A stretch of DNA of 64,000 nucleotides, taken from contig CAWBNQ010000001.1 in assembly GCA_963790205.1 (NCBI GenBank), forward strand, positions 96,001 through 160,000. The letters run 5' to 3'. Under the pieces are notes generated by a model. That model was given only the letters and a program-made list of their open reading frames with translations, searched no databases and was not told the DNA's origin. Shown here piece by piece: positions 12,509-24,132 of the stretch. Position numbers and translations under genes: made by a program. Positions within the stretch are counted from its first letter, which is position 1; the number at the start of each line of letters is the position of its first letter. This stretch comes from Nitrospirota bacterium. Lineage in GTDB: Bacteria; Nitrospirota; UBA9217.

Positions 12509-12973
12509 CTAGGCACGCTCCCTGTGCTTAATCTTGCCTGGCATTACCCAATTGAAAAGCAGGAATTCAATTACCATCCGAATCTTGTCAAACAACGAAT
12601 ATTTTTTTAAAGGTTCTTCGATTTGCTCATGCGTCTTCTCAAGATAATCCGTCAGAAGCTCTTTAGCTTTTTCATATTCGTCATCTCGTACTTCTACCAT
12701 CTTTGCATTATAGAGACCTATATGGGGACCCACTTCTAAAGATCCGAAATTGTCGTTTCTGACAAAATAACTGATACCTTCCGAATCGAGGATACTTTTT
12801 AGTAAGCTCAATTCAATTTCATTTTGCGGGGAATATAAATTGATGTATTTTACGTATTCTGGGACCGGTGGCGGTGGCGGCTCTGGTGGTAAATCAGGGA
12901 CTAAAGAGATGTTGCAGCCCGCACAAGTGCTAAATCCTTTTCTATATTCAGTTCTGCATTTAGGGCAGTACAT
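12509..12973 (-). CDS. DUF2007-like (putative signal-transducing) protein with N-terminal CxxC...CxxC
   Basis: MYCPKCRTEYRKGFSTCAGC, LLKSILDSEGISYFV, VEVRDDEYEKAKELL; low GC. Confidence 0.75.
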   Translation of the reverse strand: MYCPKCRTEYRKGFSTCAGCNISLVPDLPPEPPPPPVPEYVKYINLYSPQNEIELSLLKSILDSEGISYFVRNDNFGSLEVGPHIGLYNAKMVEVRDDEYEKAKELLTDYLEKTHEQIEEPLKKYSLFDKIRMVIEFLLFNWVMPGKIKHRERA

Positions 12974-12980
12974 AGTATCC

Positions 12981-13032
12981 TTTTAACGCGCGGCTGACCC
13001 GCGGTTCGTCGGGTCGAGCCATCTGGTTTATT
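12981..13032 (-). mobile_element. attC-like integron cassette recombination site
   Basis: Minus strand AAC-N6-GCTCGACC...GGTCAGC-N5-GTTAAAA, with one unpaired C in the left arm. Confidence 0.45.
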
Positions 13033-13193
13033 CATAATTGATGTTCTGTGAAAATTCTTTTGGTTTTATTCTGAAACGCTAATAAAAGTAACCCGCTGTA
13101 CCGAACGCATATCGTGAATTACGGAGGCGCAATTATGATAGGATGGGACGTGAGTGGCGCTCCAGCCGCTGCTGGCACTGCACGGCAGGTCTT

Positions 13194-14141
13194 CTACTTC
13201 TCGCCGGTAAAGGTATGCCGTGCGCCGCGGACGAGCTGGTCCGAAAAGGTCATATTCATCTGCTGTGCGGTCTTGAGGTTCAGGGCATAATACACCTTGC
13301 GCGGCGAGGCCGCCGGGATCGTGCTCGGCGGCGCGCCCTTCAACACCTTCACCGCCATGTCCCCCGCCTGCGCCCCCATATCGGCATAGTCCCATTCGAG
13401 GGCGTAGAGCGCGCCGGCCTTGACCCAGGCGGGAGAGATGCCGACGAGCGGGATGTTGTTCCGGATCGAAAAGAGGAGTACGTTCTTCGCGGTCTGGGGC
13501 GTCATGGCGACGGTGTCGGCCAGGCCCCAGAGAATGTCTATCTTCTTCGCCATACCTTCGAGCGCGGCGGGCACGTCCTGCGCGGAGCGGACCTCCTGGG
13601 CCACGAGCTTCAGCCCCATGTTCTGCATAATGCGGCCGGCGGCTTCGATCCGTTTTTGGTTTTCCTCGGGGTTGTAAATGACCCCCACGTTCTTTGCCGT
13701 CGGGACGAGGACCTGAAGCCAGCTGGTCTGTACCTCGAGCGGGAATTCCAGCCCCACGCCGGTCACGTTCGGCGATTTTTTCAGGCCGTCGGACCTCAGC
13801 ACCATGCAGGCGATAATGGGAATATCGGGGATCTCTTTGACCGCGGCGTCGGTCGCGAGCGACCCGAGCGTCAGGACCAGTTTTACGCCGTCTTTCTTCA
13901 CTGCCTGCACTGCCTGGCCAGCCTTGGCAACGCTGCCGTCGAGCCGGTGGACCTCGTAGTCCGCCTGTACCGCCGCCTTTTCCAGATAGCCCTGAAATCC
14001 CTTAAGCGCTTCCTCAAAGGGCGCGTCCTTCGAGCTTACGAGCACGGCTATTTTCTCGGCTGCGGGTGCGCTTGTTGCCAGCGAGGAAAAGAGGAGGAAC
14101 GCGGCAGCTGCCGAGGTGGAAATAATCCTTCGTATTTTCAT
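13194..14141 (-). CDS. Periplasmic substrate-binding protein (ABC_sub_bind-like)
   Basis: Signal peptide; NVTGV, VGVIYNP, VKAGALYAL..DYADMG motifs. Confidence 0.8.
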   Translation of the reverse strand: MKIRRIISTSAAAAFLLFSSLATSAPAAEKIAVLVSSKDAPFEEALKGFQGYLEKAAVQADYEVHRLDGSVAKAGQAVQAVKKDGVKLVLTLGSLATDAAVKEIPDIPIIACMVLRSDGLKKSPNVTGVGLEFPLEVQTSWLQVLVPTAKNVGVIYNPEENQKRIEAAGRIMQNMGLKLVAQEVRSAQDVPAALEGMAKKIDILWGLADTVAMTPQTAKNVLLFSIRNNIPLVGISPAWVKAGALYALEWDYADMGAQAGDMAVKVLKGAPPSTIPAASPRKVYYALNLKTAQQMNMTFSDQLVRGARHTFTGEK

Positions 14142-14157
14142 GCCACCTTCCGAATAG

Positions 14158-16185
14158 TTAGAATGCGTACGTCAGTTTCAGCCGGTACGTGCGGCCGTCC
14201 TGCTGGACCGTATCGAGCGGATTGAGGTCCGCGAAGGATACCGGGTCGCTGTATTTCTTGTTCATGAGATTGTAGATGCTTGCTGATACCTCGAGACGGT
14301 TGAGCAGGTTTCGCGTATAGAGTGTAAAATTGCTGACGTAAGTGCCTGGCGCGTAGTTTCCCCCCTCAGTCCTTCTCCTGCTCGTGTACTGTTCTTCGAG
14401 ACCCGCGAAGATCTTGTCTTTCACCAGCGGCATGGAAAAATTCAGTTTCGCGAGCTGCGAGGGAGAATTCGAAAGCGGTTCCCCGGTCAGACTGCTTTCT
14501 GCCCGCTGGATCGTGTAGCTGGCCCTGCCTTCGCTGCCGTTGGACCATTTGTTGTCAAGCTCCAGTTCGGCCCCTTTTGCCCTGATTTCATCGGTATTGT
14601 CGTACATCACCTCCCCCGCACCCGTGAGCGTCTGGTCGATCAGGTTTTTGATCCGGTAATAATAGCCCGAAACGCTTGTGCGGAAGCCTTCGCCGAAATA
14701 ATGCTCGTACACCAGTTCATAGGTCTTGATCTTCTCGGGCTTGAGCTCCGGATTGGGCACATTCAACCCCGGGATGGAATAAAAAAGCTCGTAGTCATTC
14801 GGGATGCGGAAGGCACTCCCGTAAAGGAGCTTGATCGCACTCTTTTCCGTGGGGCTGTATATAAATGCCAGCCTGGGGTTGGTCGTCCCGCCGAACTCGG
14901 AATAATGGTCGTACCGCACGCCCGCATTCAATACCATTTTTTTCGACAGGGTGATCTCATCCTGCACATAGGAGGCCCAGTCCCTGGACCGCCGCTGGTC
15001 TTCGAGGTAAAGCGCATAGGGATCGAGGTCGTAATTTCTCTGGTCCTGCCGGCTATTGCCCGTATACTCCGCTCCGACAATAATACGATGGACGTCAAAA
15101 AGGCGCGTAGAAAGTTTGACTTCGCCTCCCGACCAGTCCCCGTAGCCGAAGTCTTTGTTCAGCGTCCCACCGGTCGTATAATAATTGTAGTCGCCGTAAT
15201 ACCAATAATAATCGGTAAAAGCCCTTACCTCAATGTCCGTTTGTGTGCCGAGGCTGTGCTCGTATTTCAGGTCAGCAAACCAATGTCCGTCCGTTGTCTT
15301 GTTGTCCGCGCTGTTGAAGTCCGTGCCGAAGGACCCCGTGGGAATGCCTTTCGTCCGATCTATATAAGCGCCTTCAAAGGTGAAATCCTTGTATGACGCT
15401 TTCGTAAAGAAGCTCTTGGCCCGGTCGTAGTCCGTATGCGTATTGCCGTCGTTCGCGGCGCGGGGATCTGCATTCGGGTTGGCGGGATCGAACTCATTGA
15501 AGTGAAGCTGCTGTCCGTTGCTCTTGTAGCCCGTGCCCGAAATGATCGCTTCAAGGCCGTTTCCGTATTTGTCCCCGTAACTGAGCCGTTCCTGGTCGGT
15601 CGCGTAGCTCGAGACAGCGCCCGACACCTCGGCGCCTTTCAGGTCTTTGCCGCTTTTGGTAATAACGTTTATGACGGCGAAGAACGCGTTGCTCCCGTAC
15701 AGGGACGAGCCCGGCCCGCGGATCACCTCGACACGGTCGATGAGATCCACGTCGATGATTCCCTCAGTGCCGACAAGGGCCTGGTCGTAGATATTGTCGT
15801 TTATGCGGTGCCCGTCGATGAGGAGCAGGATGCGGCTGTTGTAGTCGCCGGGACGGCCGAACCCGCGCACGCCCACGTAGCTGTAATTGCGGTCATAGGT
15901 GATATAGAAGCCCCGGACGCTCTTGAGGACATCCGCGAGGGTGCGGTAGCCGTACTTCTTGATGTCCGTTGAGGTGATGATGCTCACGGAGGACGGGGCC
16001 TCGGTCACCTTCTGCTCGTATTTCGATGCGCCGTACACCGAGGGAATTTCCTCGAAGAGCATAGACTCTTCCCCGTACCCTGGTGCGGCAACGGCCAGGT
16101 CTCCCTCGGCATGAGCGGAGAGGGGCTGGACGAGCATGAGAACAGCGGCGAAAACCTGGAGAACTCCGTATGGTGCGTTTCGCAT
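14158..16185 (-). CDS. TonB-dependent outer membrane receptor
   Basis: ASKYEQKVTEAPSSVSII plug, RVEVIRGPGSSLYG, C-terminal Phe; start at MRNAPYG after an AGGAGG RBS. Confidence 0.92.
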   Translation of the reverse strand: MRNAPYGVLQVFAAVLMLVQPLSAHAEGDLAVAAPGYGEESMLFEEIPSVYGASKYEQKVTEAPSSVSIITSTDIKKYGYRTLADVLKSVRGFYITYDRNYSYVGVRGFGRPGDYNSRILLLIDGHRINDNIYDQALVGTEGIIDVDLIDRVEVIRGPGSSLYGSNAFFAVINVITKSGKDLKGAEVSGAVSSYATDQERLSYGDKYGNGLEAIISGTGYKSNGQQLHFNEFDPANPNADPRAANDGNTHTDYDRAKSFFTKASYKDFTFEGAYIDRTKGIPTGSFGTDFNSADNKTTDGHWFADLKYEHSLGTQTDIEVRAFTDYYWYYGDYNYYTTGGTLNKDFGYGDWSGGEVKLSTRLFDVHRIIVGAEYTGNSRQDQRNYDLDPYALYLEDQRRSRDWASYVQDEITLSKKMVLNAGVRYDHYSEFGGTTNPRLAFIYSPTEKSAIKLLYGSAFRIPNDYELFYSIPGLNVPNPELKPEKIKTYELVYEHYFGEGFRTSVSGYYYRIKNLIDQTLTGAGEVMYDNTDEIRAKGAELELDNKWSNGSEGRASYTIQRAESSLTGEPLSNSPSQLAKLNFSMPLVKDKIFAGLEEQYTSRRRTEGGNYAPGTYVSNFTLYTRNLLNRLEVSASIYNLMNKKYSDPVSFADLNPLDTVQQDGRTYRLKLTYAF

Positions 16186-16392
16186 GCGTGCTTCCTCCTG
16201 TCGTGATGGCAAAAGGTGATTTTTCGGGAAAAACGAGGCGAAAGAACCTTGCCCCTCGGGGACTTCCGCGCTACGCTTCCTCATGATAATGGGGCCTAGT
16301 GTATCAGAAAATGCCCGCGCTTGTACAGAAAAATTATAAAGCGCTTTACTCCCCGCGGCCGGGGTGGTACAATGGCGTTTTACCGAATTGTT

Positions 16393-19197
16393 ATGGACAA
16401 GATCGTCATAAAAGGCTGCCGCCAGCACAACCTCAAGAACATCGACCTCGAGATCCCGCGGGACAGGCTCGTGGTCATCACGGGCCTGTCCGGCTCGGGA
16501 AAATCTTCCCTCGCCTTCGATACTATCTACGCCGAAGGACAGCGCCGCTACGTCGAGAGCCTCTCGGCCTATGCCCGCCAGTTCCTGGGCCAGATGGACA
16601 AGCCCGACGTCGATTCCATCGACGGCCTCTCGCCCGCCATCGCCATCGAGCAGAAGACCACGAGCAAGAACCCCCGTTCGACCGTGGGCACCGTGACCGA
16701 GGTCTACGACTACCTGCGCCTGCTCTTTGCGCGCATCGGCAGGCCCTACTGTTACAAGTGCGGCAGGGAGATCGCGGCCCAGACCGTGCAGCAGATAACC
16801 GACGCGGTCATGGCCCTGCCCAAAGACACGCGCATCCAGGTCCTCGCCCCCATCGTCCGCGGCAGGAAGGGTGAATACCGGAAAGAGCTCATGGCCGCGG
16901 CCGCGGCAGGATACGTGCGGGCGCGGATCGACGGCGCGATCAAGGAGCTTTCCGAAGCCATTTCGATGGACAAGAAAAAGAAGCACGACATCGAGATCGT
17001 GATCGACCGGCTCGTGGTAAAATCCGGCACGGAGCGGAGGCTCGCCGAGTCGATCGAGACCGCGCTCCGGCAGGCCGACGGCCTCGTACTGGTGAACCTC
17101 GTGGACAAGAAGCAGGACCTCCTCTACAGCGAAAAGCTCGCCTGCATCGTGGACGGCATCAGCTATCCCGAACTCGCTCCCAACAGTTTTTCCTTCAACA
17201 GCCCCCAGGGCGCCTGCCCCACCTGCGACGGCCTCGGCGGGCTTTTGGAATTCGATCCCGAACTCATCGTGCCGAACCCCAACCTCTCGCTCCGCGAAGG
17301 CGCGGTCAAACCGTGGGCGAAACGCACCTCCTACCAGTATTTCCAGATGCTCGATTCGCTCGCGCTGGGCTGCGGCTTCAACGTGAATACGCCGTTCAAG
17401 GAACTGAAGCCCGTCCAGCAGAAAATGCTTTTGTTCGGCATTGGCGAGAACGGGCCGAAGTCGTCACCGGCCCGCGGCGGCAAGGGCGCTTCGTGCAAGC
17501 CCTTCGAAGGCATTCTCTCCGTCCTGAAACAGCGTTATGACGAGACCGACTCCTTCGCGACCCAGTGGGAGCTCGAACAGTACATGAGCTACCAGACCTG
17601 CCCGGACTGCGGCGGGAGCCGTTTGCGCAAAGAATCGCTGGCCGTCAAGGTGGCGGGGCTGAACATTCATGAAGTGACGCGCATGAGCATCAAGCAGTCC
17701 CTCGCCTTTTTCAACGAGCTCAGGCTCACGGAAAAGGAAACCGCCATTGCCCAGCGGATCTTAAAAGAGATCCGGGAGCGCCTCGGGTTCATGGTGCAGG
17801 TGGGTCTCGACTACCTCAGCCTCGACCGCGGGTCCGCCACGCTCTCCGGAGGCGAGGGCCAGCGCATCCGGCTCGCCACCCAGATCGGCTCATCCCTCGT
17901 GGGCGTGCTCTATATTCTGGACGAACCCAGCATCGGGCTGCACCAGCGCGACAACCGGAGGCTGCTCGATACCCTGTTCCGGCTCCGCGACCTCGGCAAT
18001 ACCGTGCTTGTCGTGGAACACGATGAAGAGACGATCCGCTCTGCGGACCAGGTGATCGACATGGGGCCCGGCGCCGGCGTGCACGGCGGCGAAATCGTGG
18101 CCCAGGGTACGCCGGAAGAGATCACAAAAGTTGAAACGTCGCTTACCGGCCAGTACCTCTCGGGCAAAGCCTTTATTCAAGTGCCGCAAAGCCGCAGGTC
18201 CTTCCAAAAGTCCATCAGCGTCGTGAGCGCGTCCGAAAACAATTTAAAGAGCATCACCGTGCAGTTCCCCCTCGGGGTGCTCACCTGCGTGACCGGCGTC
18301 TCGGGCTCGGGCAAGAGCACCCTCGTCGTGGACATCCTGTACCGCGCGCTCGCCCAGCGGCTCTACCGCTCCACGGAGCGCGCGGGCAAGCACAGGGACA
18401 TCAAGGGCCTGGAGCACATCGACAAGGTGATCGACATCGACCAGTCTCCCATCGGCAGGACGCCGCGCTCGAACCCCGCCACCTATACGGGCGTGTTCGG
18501 CCCCGTGCGCGATCTTTTCGCCCAGCTTCCCGAGTCGCGCATGCGCGGGTACAAGCCCGGCCGCTACAGCTTCAACGTCAAGGGCGGCCGGTGCGAGGCC
18601 TGCGAAGGAGACGGGCTCATCAAGATCGAGATGCACTTCCTCCCCGACGTGTACGTGACCTGCGACGTCTGCCACGGCAGCCGCTATAACCGCGAGACCC
18701 TCGACATCCGGTATAAAGGCAAGAACATCGCCGACGTGCTCGCCATGACCGTGGAACAGGCGCTCGACTTTTTCCAGGCCATTCCGCCGGTCAAGTCCAA
18801 GCTGCAGACGCTCATGGAGGTGGGCCTGGGCTACATCACCCTGGGCCAGTCGGCAACCACGCTTTCGGGCGGAGAGTCCCAGCGCGTGAAGCTTTCGAAG
18901 GAGCTGTCGCGCCGCGCAACGGGCCGCACCCTTTACATCCTTGATGAGCCTACCACGGGCCTCCATTTCGCGGACACACAAAAGCTCCTGGACATGCTGA
19001 ACCAGCTCGTGGATGCCGGCAATACCGTGGTCGTGATCGAGCACAACCTCGACGTGATCAAGACCGCGGACTGGATCATCGACCTCGGACCCGAAGGAGG
19101 CGACCGCGGCGGCGAGATCGTGGTACAGGGAACGCCCGAGGTCATAGCGCAGGCGAAGAAATCCTACACGGGACAGTTTTTAAAGAAAATACTTTAA
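16393..19197 (+). CDS. uvrA: Excinuclease ABC subunit A
   Basis: [14 protein letters not shown], two ABC ATPase domains, zinc fingers. Confidence 0.98.
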   Translation: MDKIVIKGCRQHNLKNIDLEIPRDRLVVITGLSGSGKSSLAFDTIYAEGQRRYVESLSAYARQFLGQMDKPDVDSIDGLSPAIAIEQKTTSKNPRSTVGTVTEVYDYLRLLFARIGRPYCYKCGREIAAQTVQQITDAVMALPKDTRIQVLAPIVRGRKGEYRKELMAAAAAGYVRARIDGAIKELSEAISMDKKKKHDIEIVIDRLVVKSGTERRLAESIETALRQADGLVLVNLVDKKQDLLYSEKLACIVDGISYPELAPNSFSFNSPQGACPTCDGLGGLLEFDPELIVPNPNLSLREGAVKPWAKRTSYQYFQMLDSLALGCGFNVNTPFKELKPVQQKMLLFGIGENGPKSSPARGGKGASCKPFEGILSVLKQRYDETDSFATQWELEQYMSYQTCPDCGGSRLRKESLAVKVAGLNIHEVTRMSIKQSLAFFNELRLTEKETAIAQRILKEIRERLGFMVQVGLDYLSLDRGSATLSGGEGQRIRLATQIGSSLVGVLYILDEPSIGLHQRDNRRLLDTLFRLRDLGNTVLVVEHDEETIRSADQVIDMGPGAGVHGGEIVAQGTPEEITKVETSLTGQYLSGKAFIQVPQSRRSFQKSISVVSASENNLKSITVQFPLGVLTCVTGVSGSGKSTLVVDILYRALAQRLYRSTERAGKHRDIKGLEHIDKVIDIDQSPIGRTPRSNPATYTGVFGPVRDLFAQLPESRMRGYKPGRYSFNVKGGRCEACEGDGLIKIEMHFLPDVYVTCDVCHGSRYNRETLDIRYKGKNIADVLAMTVEQALDFFQAIPPVKSKLQTLMEVGLGYITLGQSATTLSGGESQRVKLSKELSRRATGRTLYILDEPTTGLHFADTQKLLDMLNQLVDAGNTVVVIEHNLDVIKTADWIIDLGPEGGDRGGEIVVQGTPEVIAQAKKSYTGQFLKKIL

Positions 19198-19322
19198 GAG
19201 ATGCATGACACGGGATACCTGATCCATGAAAATTCCTCTTGTGCCATCGACTCGTATCTTGTATCCTTCTATCGTGCATCGTGGATCCTGCATCGGCAAT
19301 CCTGCATCATGCATCTTGTATC
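19198..19322. repeat. Degenerate heptamer repeats (TGCATCN type)
   Basis: tgcatcg tggatcc tgcatcg gcaatcc tgcatca tgcatct tgtatc; related tract at 28533-28606. Confidence 0.6.
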
Positions 19323-19343
19323 AATTTCACCCCGGGAGGTCTT

Positions 19344-19814
19344 ATGAACCGTATCGCGTCCCTTCTCGCCATAACGCTGCTCTTGTTCACAACCGCCGCC
19401 TGCAGCGAGAAAAAACTGCCGACGCAGGTAGCCGTCAAAAGCGGCGGCGTCATCAATACCCTGCGCGACCTCAGCCACATGTTCGAAAAGAAGAACTTGC
19501 CGGGATTCATGAACTCCGTCTCGGACAGCTATAAGGACCGGCAGGCCTTTTCAGCTGCGCTCGAACCCGTCTTTGCGAAATACGAAAGCGTTCGGTTCAC
19601 GGTCCAGTACACGAAGATGCTCATCATGATCGATGAAAAGGGGGTGGCCAAGGCCGCGTTCAACTGGGACAGCGAGTGGCAGACCTCGGGCGGGAGCGTC
19701 CAGAAGAACGGCGGCAGGGTCACCTTCGTCTTCGACCCGAAGGACAGCAAGCTCGTCTCCATCGACGGCAAGAATCCCTTCATTCCGCAGGCGGTGGAGA
19801 CGCCGGGGAAATAA
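19344..19814 (+). CDS. Hypothetical lipoprotein (possibly NTF2-like)
   Basis: GGGAGG RBS, lipobox TAAC. Confidence 0.7.
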   Translation: MNRIASLLAITLLLFTTAACSEKKLPTQVAVKSGGVINTLRDLSHMFEKKNLPGFMNSVSDSYKDRQAFSAALEPVFAKYESVRFTVQYTKMLIMIDEKGVAKAAFNWDSEWQTSGGSVQKNGGRVTFVFDPKDSKLVSIDGKNPFIPQAVETPGK

Positions 19815-19894
19815 CAATTTCGGATCGCGAATTTAAAAGCCCGCTGTTTTCTTTTTACATTTCGCAATCCACAATCCGGAATCTGCAATTCACC

Positions 19895-21472
19895 ATGGAC
19901 TACACTCAGGAACACATAAGGACCGACTTCCTCATCATCGGCGGGGGCGTGGCAGGGCTGCGCGCGGCCGTTGAACTCGCGCGGAACGGCGAGGTCCTCG
20001 TCGTGACCAAGGATGCGCCCTCGGAAAGCAGCAGCGAATACGCCCAGGGAGGCGTGGCAGTGGTCCTCTCCGACGAGGACGAGATCTCGATCCATTTCGA
20101 CGACACGATCAAGGCCGGCGACGGGCTCTGTTTGCGCAAGGCCGTGGGCACCCTGGTCGAGGAGGGGCCCACGCGAATACGGGAGCTCATCCTCTGGGGC
20201 GCGGAATTCGACAAGGAAGGCACGAAGCTCGCCTTCACGCAGGAGGCGGCCCACTCCAAGCGGAGGATCCTCCATGCCCAGGGCGACTCCACGGGCAAGG
20301 AGATCATGCGCGTGCTCATTGACAAGGTCCGCTCCGCGGGCACGGTATCGAAGATCGACTTCGCCTTCACCAGGGACCTCATCATGGAAAACGGGCGATG
20401 CGTCGGGGCCGTGGTCTGCCAGCAGAAACTCCGAAAGGTCCTCATCATCTCTGCGCGGGCCGTGCTCCTCGCCACCGGCGGCGCGGGCCAGCTTTTCGAG
20501 CGCACGACCAATCCCGCCGTTGCAACGGGCGACGGCATGGCCATGGCCTTTCGGGCCGGCGCAACGCTCGTGGACATGGAGTTCATTCAATTTCACCCCA
20601 CCGCCCTCTATCGCGAGGACGCGCCGCAGTTCCTGCTTTCCGAGGCCATGCGCGGCGAAGGCGGCATGCTCAAGAACATCCATAATGAGCGTTTCATGGA
20701 CCATTACCATCCCGCGCGCGAGCTCGCCCCGCGCGACGTGGTCACCCGGGCCATCCATTCCGAGATGGCGGCCACGAACGCGCAAAACGTGTTTCTCGAC
20801 ATGACGCACCTGAACGCGGATTATGTGACCCGGCGCTTCCCCCGCATTTTCCGGACCTGCAAAGACCTCGGCATCGATATCACGCGGGAGCCGATCCCGG
20901 TCTCTCCCGCGGCCCACTATATCATGGGCGGGGTGAAGACGGACCTCTGGGGCGCCACGAACATCCCCGGTCTCTTCGCTGCCGGCGAAACGGCCTGCAC
21001 CGGCGTGCACGGCGCGAACCGCCTCGCGAGCAATTCATTGCTGGAAGGCCTCGTCTACGGAGAGCGCGCGGGCCTTGCCGCGGCCCGGTATGCGCGCAAA
21101 CACTTTACCAGGAACACGACCCTGCCGCGCGTCGTATCTCAGGGAAAGAAGAGGGGCCGAGCTTCTTCGAGCGCGTTGTCGGATTTAGCGGAGGTTCGCG
21201 ATTCGCTCAAAAAGCTCATGTGGGAGAAGGTGGGGATCGTGCGGAACAGGAAGGATTTAACTGTTGCGCTCAAACAGCTCAGGGAATGGGACCGGATGAT
21301 GAAAGGCCATGAGCCCGACCGGGGCCTCTTCGAGCTTGAGAACATGATAACGTCCTCCATGCTCATCACCCGCTCGGCGCTTGCACGCGAGGGCAGTGTG
21401 GGCGCGCACTTCAGGTGCGATTTTCCTTCCCGGGGGAAGAACTGGAGAAGGAGGACAATACTGATGAAGTAG
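19895..21472 (+). CDS. nadB: L-aspartate oxidase
   Basis: GGGVAGL, YAQGGVA, EAAHSKRRILH, QFHPT, GVHGANRLASNSLLEG. Confidence 0.95.
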   Translation: MDYTQEHIRTDFLIIGGGVAGLRAAVELARNGEVLVVTKDAPSESSSEYAQGGVAVVLSDEDEISIHFDDTIKAGDGLCLRKAVGTLVEEGPTRIRELILWGAEFDKEGTKLAFTQEAAHSKRRILHAQGDSTGKEIMRVLIDKVRSAGTVSKIDFAFTRDLIMENGRCVGAVVCQQKLRKVLIISARAVLLATGGAGQLFERTTNPAVATGDGMAMAFRAGATLVDMEFIQFHPTALYREDAPQFLLSEAMRGEGGMLKNIHNERFMDHYHPARELAPRDVVTRAIHSEMAATNAQNVFLDMTHLNADYVTRRFPRIFRTCKDLGIDITREPIPVSPAAHYIMGGVKTDLWGATNIPGLFAAGETACTGVHGANRLASNSLLEGLVYGERAGLAAARYARKHFTRNTTLPRVVSQGKKRGRASSSALSDLAEVRDSLKKLMWEKVGIVRNRKDLTVALKQLREWDRMMKGHEPDRGLFELENMITSSMLITRSALAREGSVGAHFRCDFPSRGKNWRRRTILMK

Positions 21473-21600
21473 ACGGCTACGGCATGAAAATGGGTTCTCT
21501 TAGTGTTGCAAACGACCTCCTCATCTGCTTCAAGCAACGCTTTCTCAATGCGGGACGCATTAGCTTCCGGGTCCCGAACAACGTTCCTGTTGACGCGGCC

Positions 21601-23964
21601 CTACAACCCCGTTTTTGCAGCTCCCTCGTCCAGGGTCTCTCTCACCAGCCTCAGGAGATCGGCGGGTGAAACCGGCTTTGAAATAAAGCTGAAGCCCTCC
21701 TCGATGAACCGCTTCTTATAAAGGATGTCCGCCGTATAGCCGCTCGAAAAAATGACCTTTATATCAGGGCGGTCCTTTCGGATTTCTTCATAAACTTCTT
21801 TCCCGTTCTTTTTCGGCATGATGACGTCGAGAATGAGGAGCCGGACCCGGTCCCGGCTCCTCGCAAATACGCCGACGGCGTCCTCGCCGTCCGCCGCCTC
21901 GATCACCGTGTATCCGGACTGTTCGAGCGTCTCTTTCACGAGCGCCCGAACAACGGCGTCGTCCTCCGCGATGAGGACCGTTTCCGTTCCTCCCGAGGCC
22001 GGGAGAAGAACCTTGTCGGTTTCCGTCCTGGAGACCTCATCTCCGGTAGCCGGCAGGTATATCCTGAACGCAGTTCCCTTGCCCGGCTCGCTGGAACAGG
22101 TTATGTACCCCTTATGCTGTTTCACGATTCCATATACGATCGAAAGACCGAGTCCCGTTCCCTTGCCCACTTCCTTCGTCGTAAAGAACGGCTCGAATAT
22201 CCTCTCTTTCGTTTTTCCATCCATGCCTGCGCCCGTGTCGGTGACGGAGATGAGGGCATACTGTCCGGGCTTTCCGTACCCGTGCACCTTTACGAACTCG
22301 TGGTCCAATATGGCCTTCCCGGTACGTATGGTCAGGCTTCCCCCTTCGGACATTGCGTCCCTCGCATTGGTTGCCAGGTTCACGAGGACCTGTTCAAGCT
22401 GGCCGCTGTCCGCCAGTACGGTCAAATGGTCGTCCGCGAGAATGACCTTCATTTCAACGTCCTCGCCGATAAGCCGGCGGAGGAGCTTCTCAACCTTCTC
22501 AATGATCTTGTTCACGTGCACCGATTTGGGACTGATCACCTGCTTCCTGCTGAAGGCGAGAAGACCCTGTGTGAGGTTGGCCGCCCTCTGCGCGGAATCG
22601 AGTATCTGCAGCAGATACCTTCTCAAGGGATCGTCATCGACCATCTTCATTTTCATGAGACTTCCATAGCCGATGATCGCCGTAAGAATATTATTAAAAT
22701 CATGGGCAATGCCTCCCGCAAGCTGGCCCACGGCCTCCATCTTCTGTGCATGTCGGAGTTGATCCTCGAGCTTCTTTTTCTCCGTGGTATTATTAACGAT
22801 CTCTATGGCGGAAATCGTCTGCCCCGACGGGTCTTTTAACGGATACGACTTCGTCTCCACATAAATGGGGCTCTTCTCCTTGTCCTGGTGAATATGGAGC
22901 GCTGTATGGGGTTCTCCCGTATCGAACGCGCGTTTCACCGAACAGTGCTCGCCCATCTCATAGCAGGGTTTATCGTTTCGATGCGAGATCTCATAGCAAT
23001 GCCTGCCGGTAACTTCATCCAACGGCATTTTGACCTGATTGAGATAGGCCTTGTTGGCGGCTATGATCCGGTAGTCGCGGTCGATGACCACGAACCCCTC
23101 GTCCACGGTTTCAAGGATGTCCCGTATGAATCGCTCGCTCTTCAGCAGCGCCTCTTCCATCTGCTTGCGCCCGGTAATGTCGCGGCTGACCGCCACCAGC
23201 CCGATGAGCTTGCCCCGGGCGTCACGGATGGGCGCCTTAATCGTATCGAGAAACATCTTCTTGCCGTCACTGCCGGCGGCCTGTTCTTCAACCTGGGTTG
23301 GCTTGGGGCTCCAGAGCGCCTTTTCATCGCTCTTTCTGCAAAAATCGGCCAGATCGGGAGAAAGTACTTCTTCATTGGTCTTGCCCACCAATGCCTCGCG
23401 CTTCAAGCCCGTATATGCCTCTACCGCTTTATTCACCACCAGATGCCTGCCCTGAAGGTCCTTGAATACAACCAGGTCCGGCATTGCGTTGATCAGGGCC
23501 TGCAGGTTGGCGTTCATTTCCATGAGCGCTCGCTCGGTCCGTTTGCGCTCGGTGATATCACGCCATATCGTGTGAAACGCCGGGCGCCCGGATAGGGTCA
23601 TCAACTGTGTAATCACATGCACATCCCGTATGTCCCCGGTTTTTGTTTTATGCCTGACCTCGAATTCGTCGCTTCCGTGTTCAATGACTTTTTTGATGCT
23701 GGCTTGTATTTCCTCAATACTCTGATAGGGATCGATGTCGGAGAGATGAAGACCCTTGAATTCCTCACGCGAGTAACCCAGTTGACGGTGGGCCGTTTCA
23801 TTGAACTCGACGATATGCCCGTTGAGATCGATGATCAATATGCCGTCAGGGGATTGATTGAAGAGAGTATGATAGAGCAGCTCCGCTTCGCGGAGCTTTT
23901 CCTCCGCTGTTTGTTTTCCGGCTGCGGCCGGTTTTTTTATCTCTACTTCATCGTCTTGTTTCAT
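21601..23964 (-). CDS. Cytoplasmic multi-PAS hybrid histidine kinase/receiver
   Basis: Three PAS domains, AHDFNN H-box, GTGLGL G-box, receiver domain (AEDD...DVIMP). Confidence 0.93.
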   Translation of the reverse strand: MKQDDEVEIKKPAAAGKQTAEEKLREAELLYHTLFNQSPDGILIIDLNGHIVEFNETAHRQLGYSREEFKGLHLSDIDPYQSIEEIQASIKKVIEHGSDEFEVRHKTKTGDIRDVHVITQLMTLSGRPAFHTIWRDITERKRTERALMEMNANLQALINAMPDLVVFKDLQGRHLVVNKAVEAYTGLKREALVGKTNEEVLSPDLADFCRKSDEKALWSPKPTQVEEQAAGSDGKKMFLDTIKAPIRDARGKLIGLVAVSRDITGRKQMEEALLKSERFIRDILETVDEGFVVIDRDYRIIAANKAYLNQVKMPLDEVTGRHCYEISHRNDKPCYEMGEHCSVKRAFDTGEPHTALHIHQDKEKSPIYVETKSYPLKDPSGQTISAIEIVNNTTEKKKLEDQLRHAQKMEAVGQLAGGIAHDFNNILTAIIGYGSLMKMKMVDDDPLRRYLLQILDSAQRAANLTQGLLAFSRKQVISPKSVHVNKIIEKVEKLLRRLIGEDVEMKVILADDHLTVLADSGQLEQVLVNLATNARDAMSEGGSLTIRTGKAILDHEFVKVHGYGKPGQYALISVTDTGAGMDGKTKERIFEPFFTTKEVGKGTGLGLSIVYGIVKQHKGYITCSSEPGKGTAFRIYLPATGDEVSRTETDKVLLPASGGTETVLIAEDDAVVRALVKETLEQSGYTVIEAADGEDAVGVFARSRDRVRLLILDVIMPKKNGKEVYEEIRKDRPDIKVIFSSGYTADILYKKRFIEEGFSFISKPVSPADLLRLVRETLDEGAAKTGL

Positions 23965-24086
23965 GAATCGGGCCTCTGACGCCGGAATATTTTAGCAATT
24001 ATATTACACTTGTTTGTTGGCTTTTAAAACGGAAAAAGCGGCGGATCCGGCTGGCCGCGGCCTGAGGTTGAAAAAACAAGAGTCAC

Positions 24087-24118
24087 AAAAAAGGCCCTTC
24101 TGGTTTCAGAAGGGCCTT
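24087..24118 (-). terminator. Intrinsic terminator after slp
   Basis: AAGGCCCTTCTG/CAGAAGGGCCTT stem plus T-run on the minus strand. Confidence 0.75.
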
Positions 24119-24132
24119 CGCTGTTTCTCTCT

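Noticed and set aside
16186..16986. 267-aa N-terminal extension of the TonB receptor ORF
   Set aside because: It is largely antisense to uvrA; the real RBS and signal peptide begin at 16185
19198..19322. CRISPR array
   Set aside because: Degenerate 7-mers without unique spacers; no cas genes in the window
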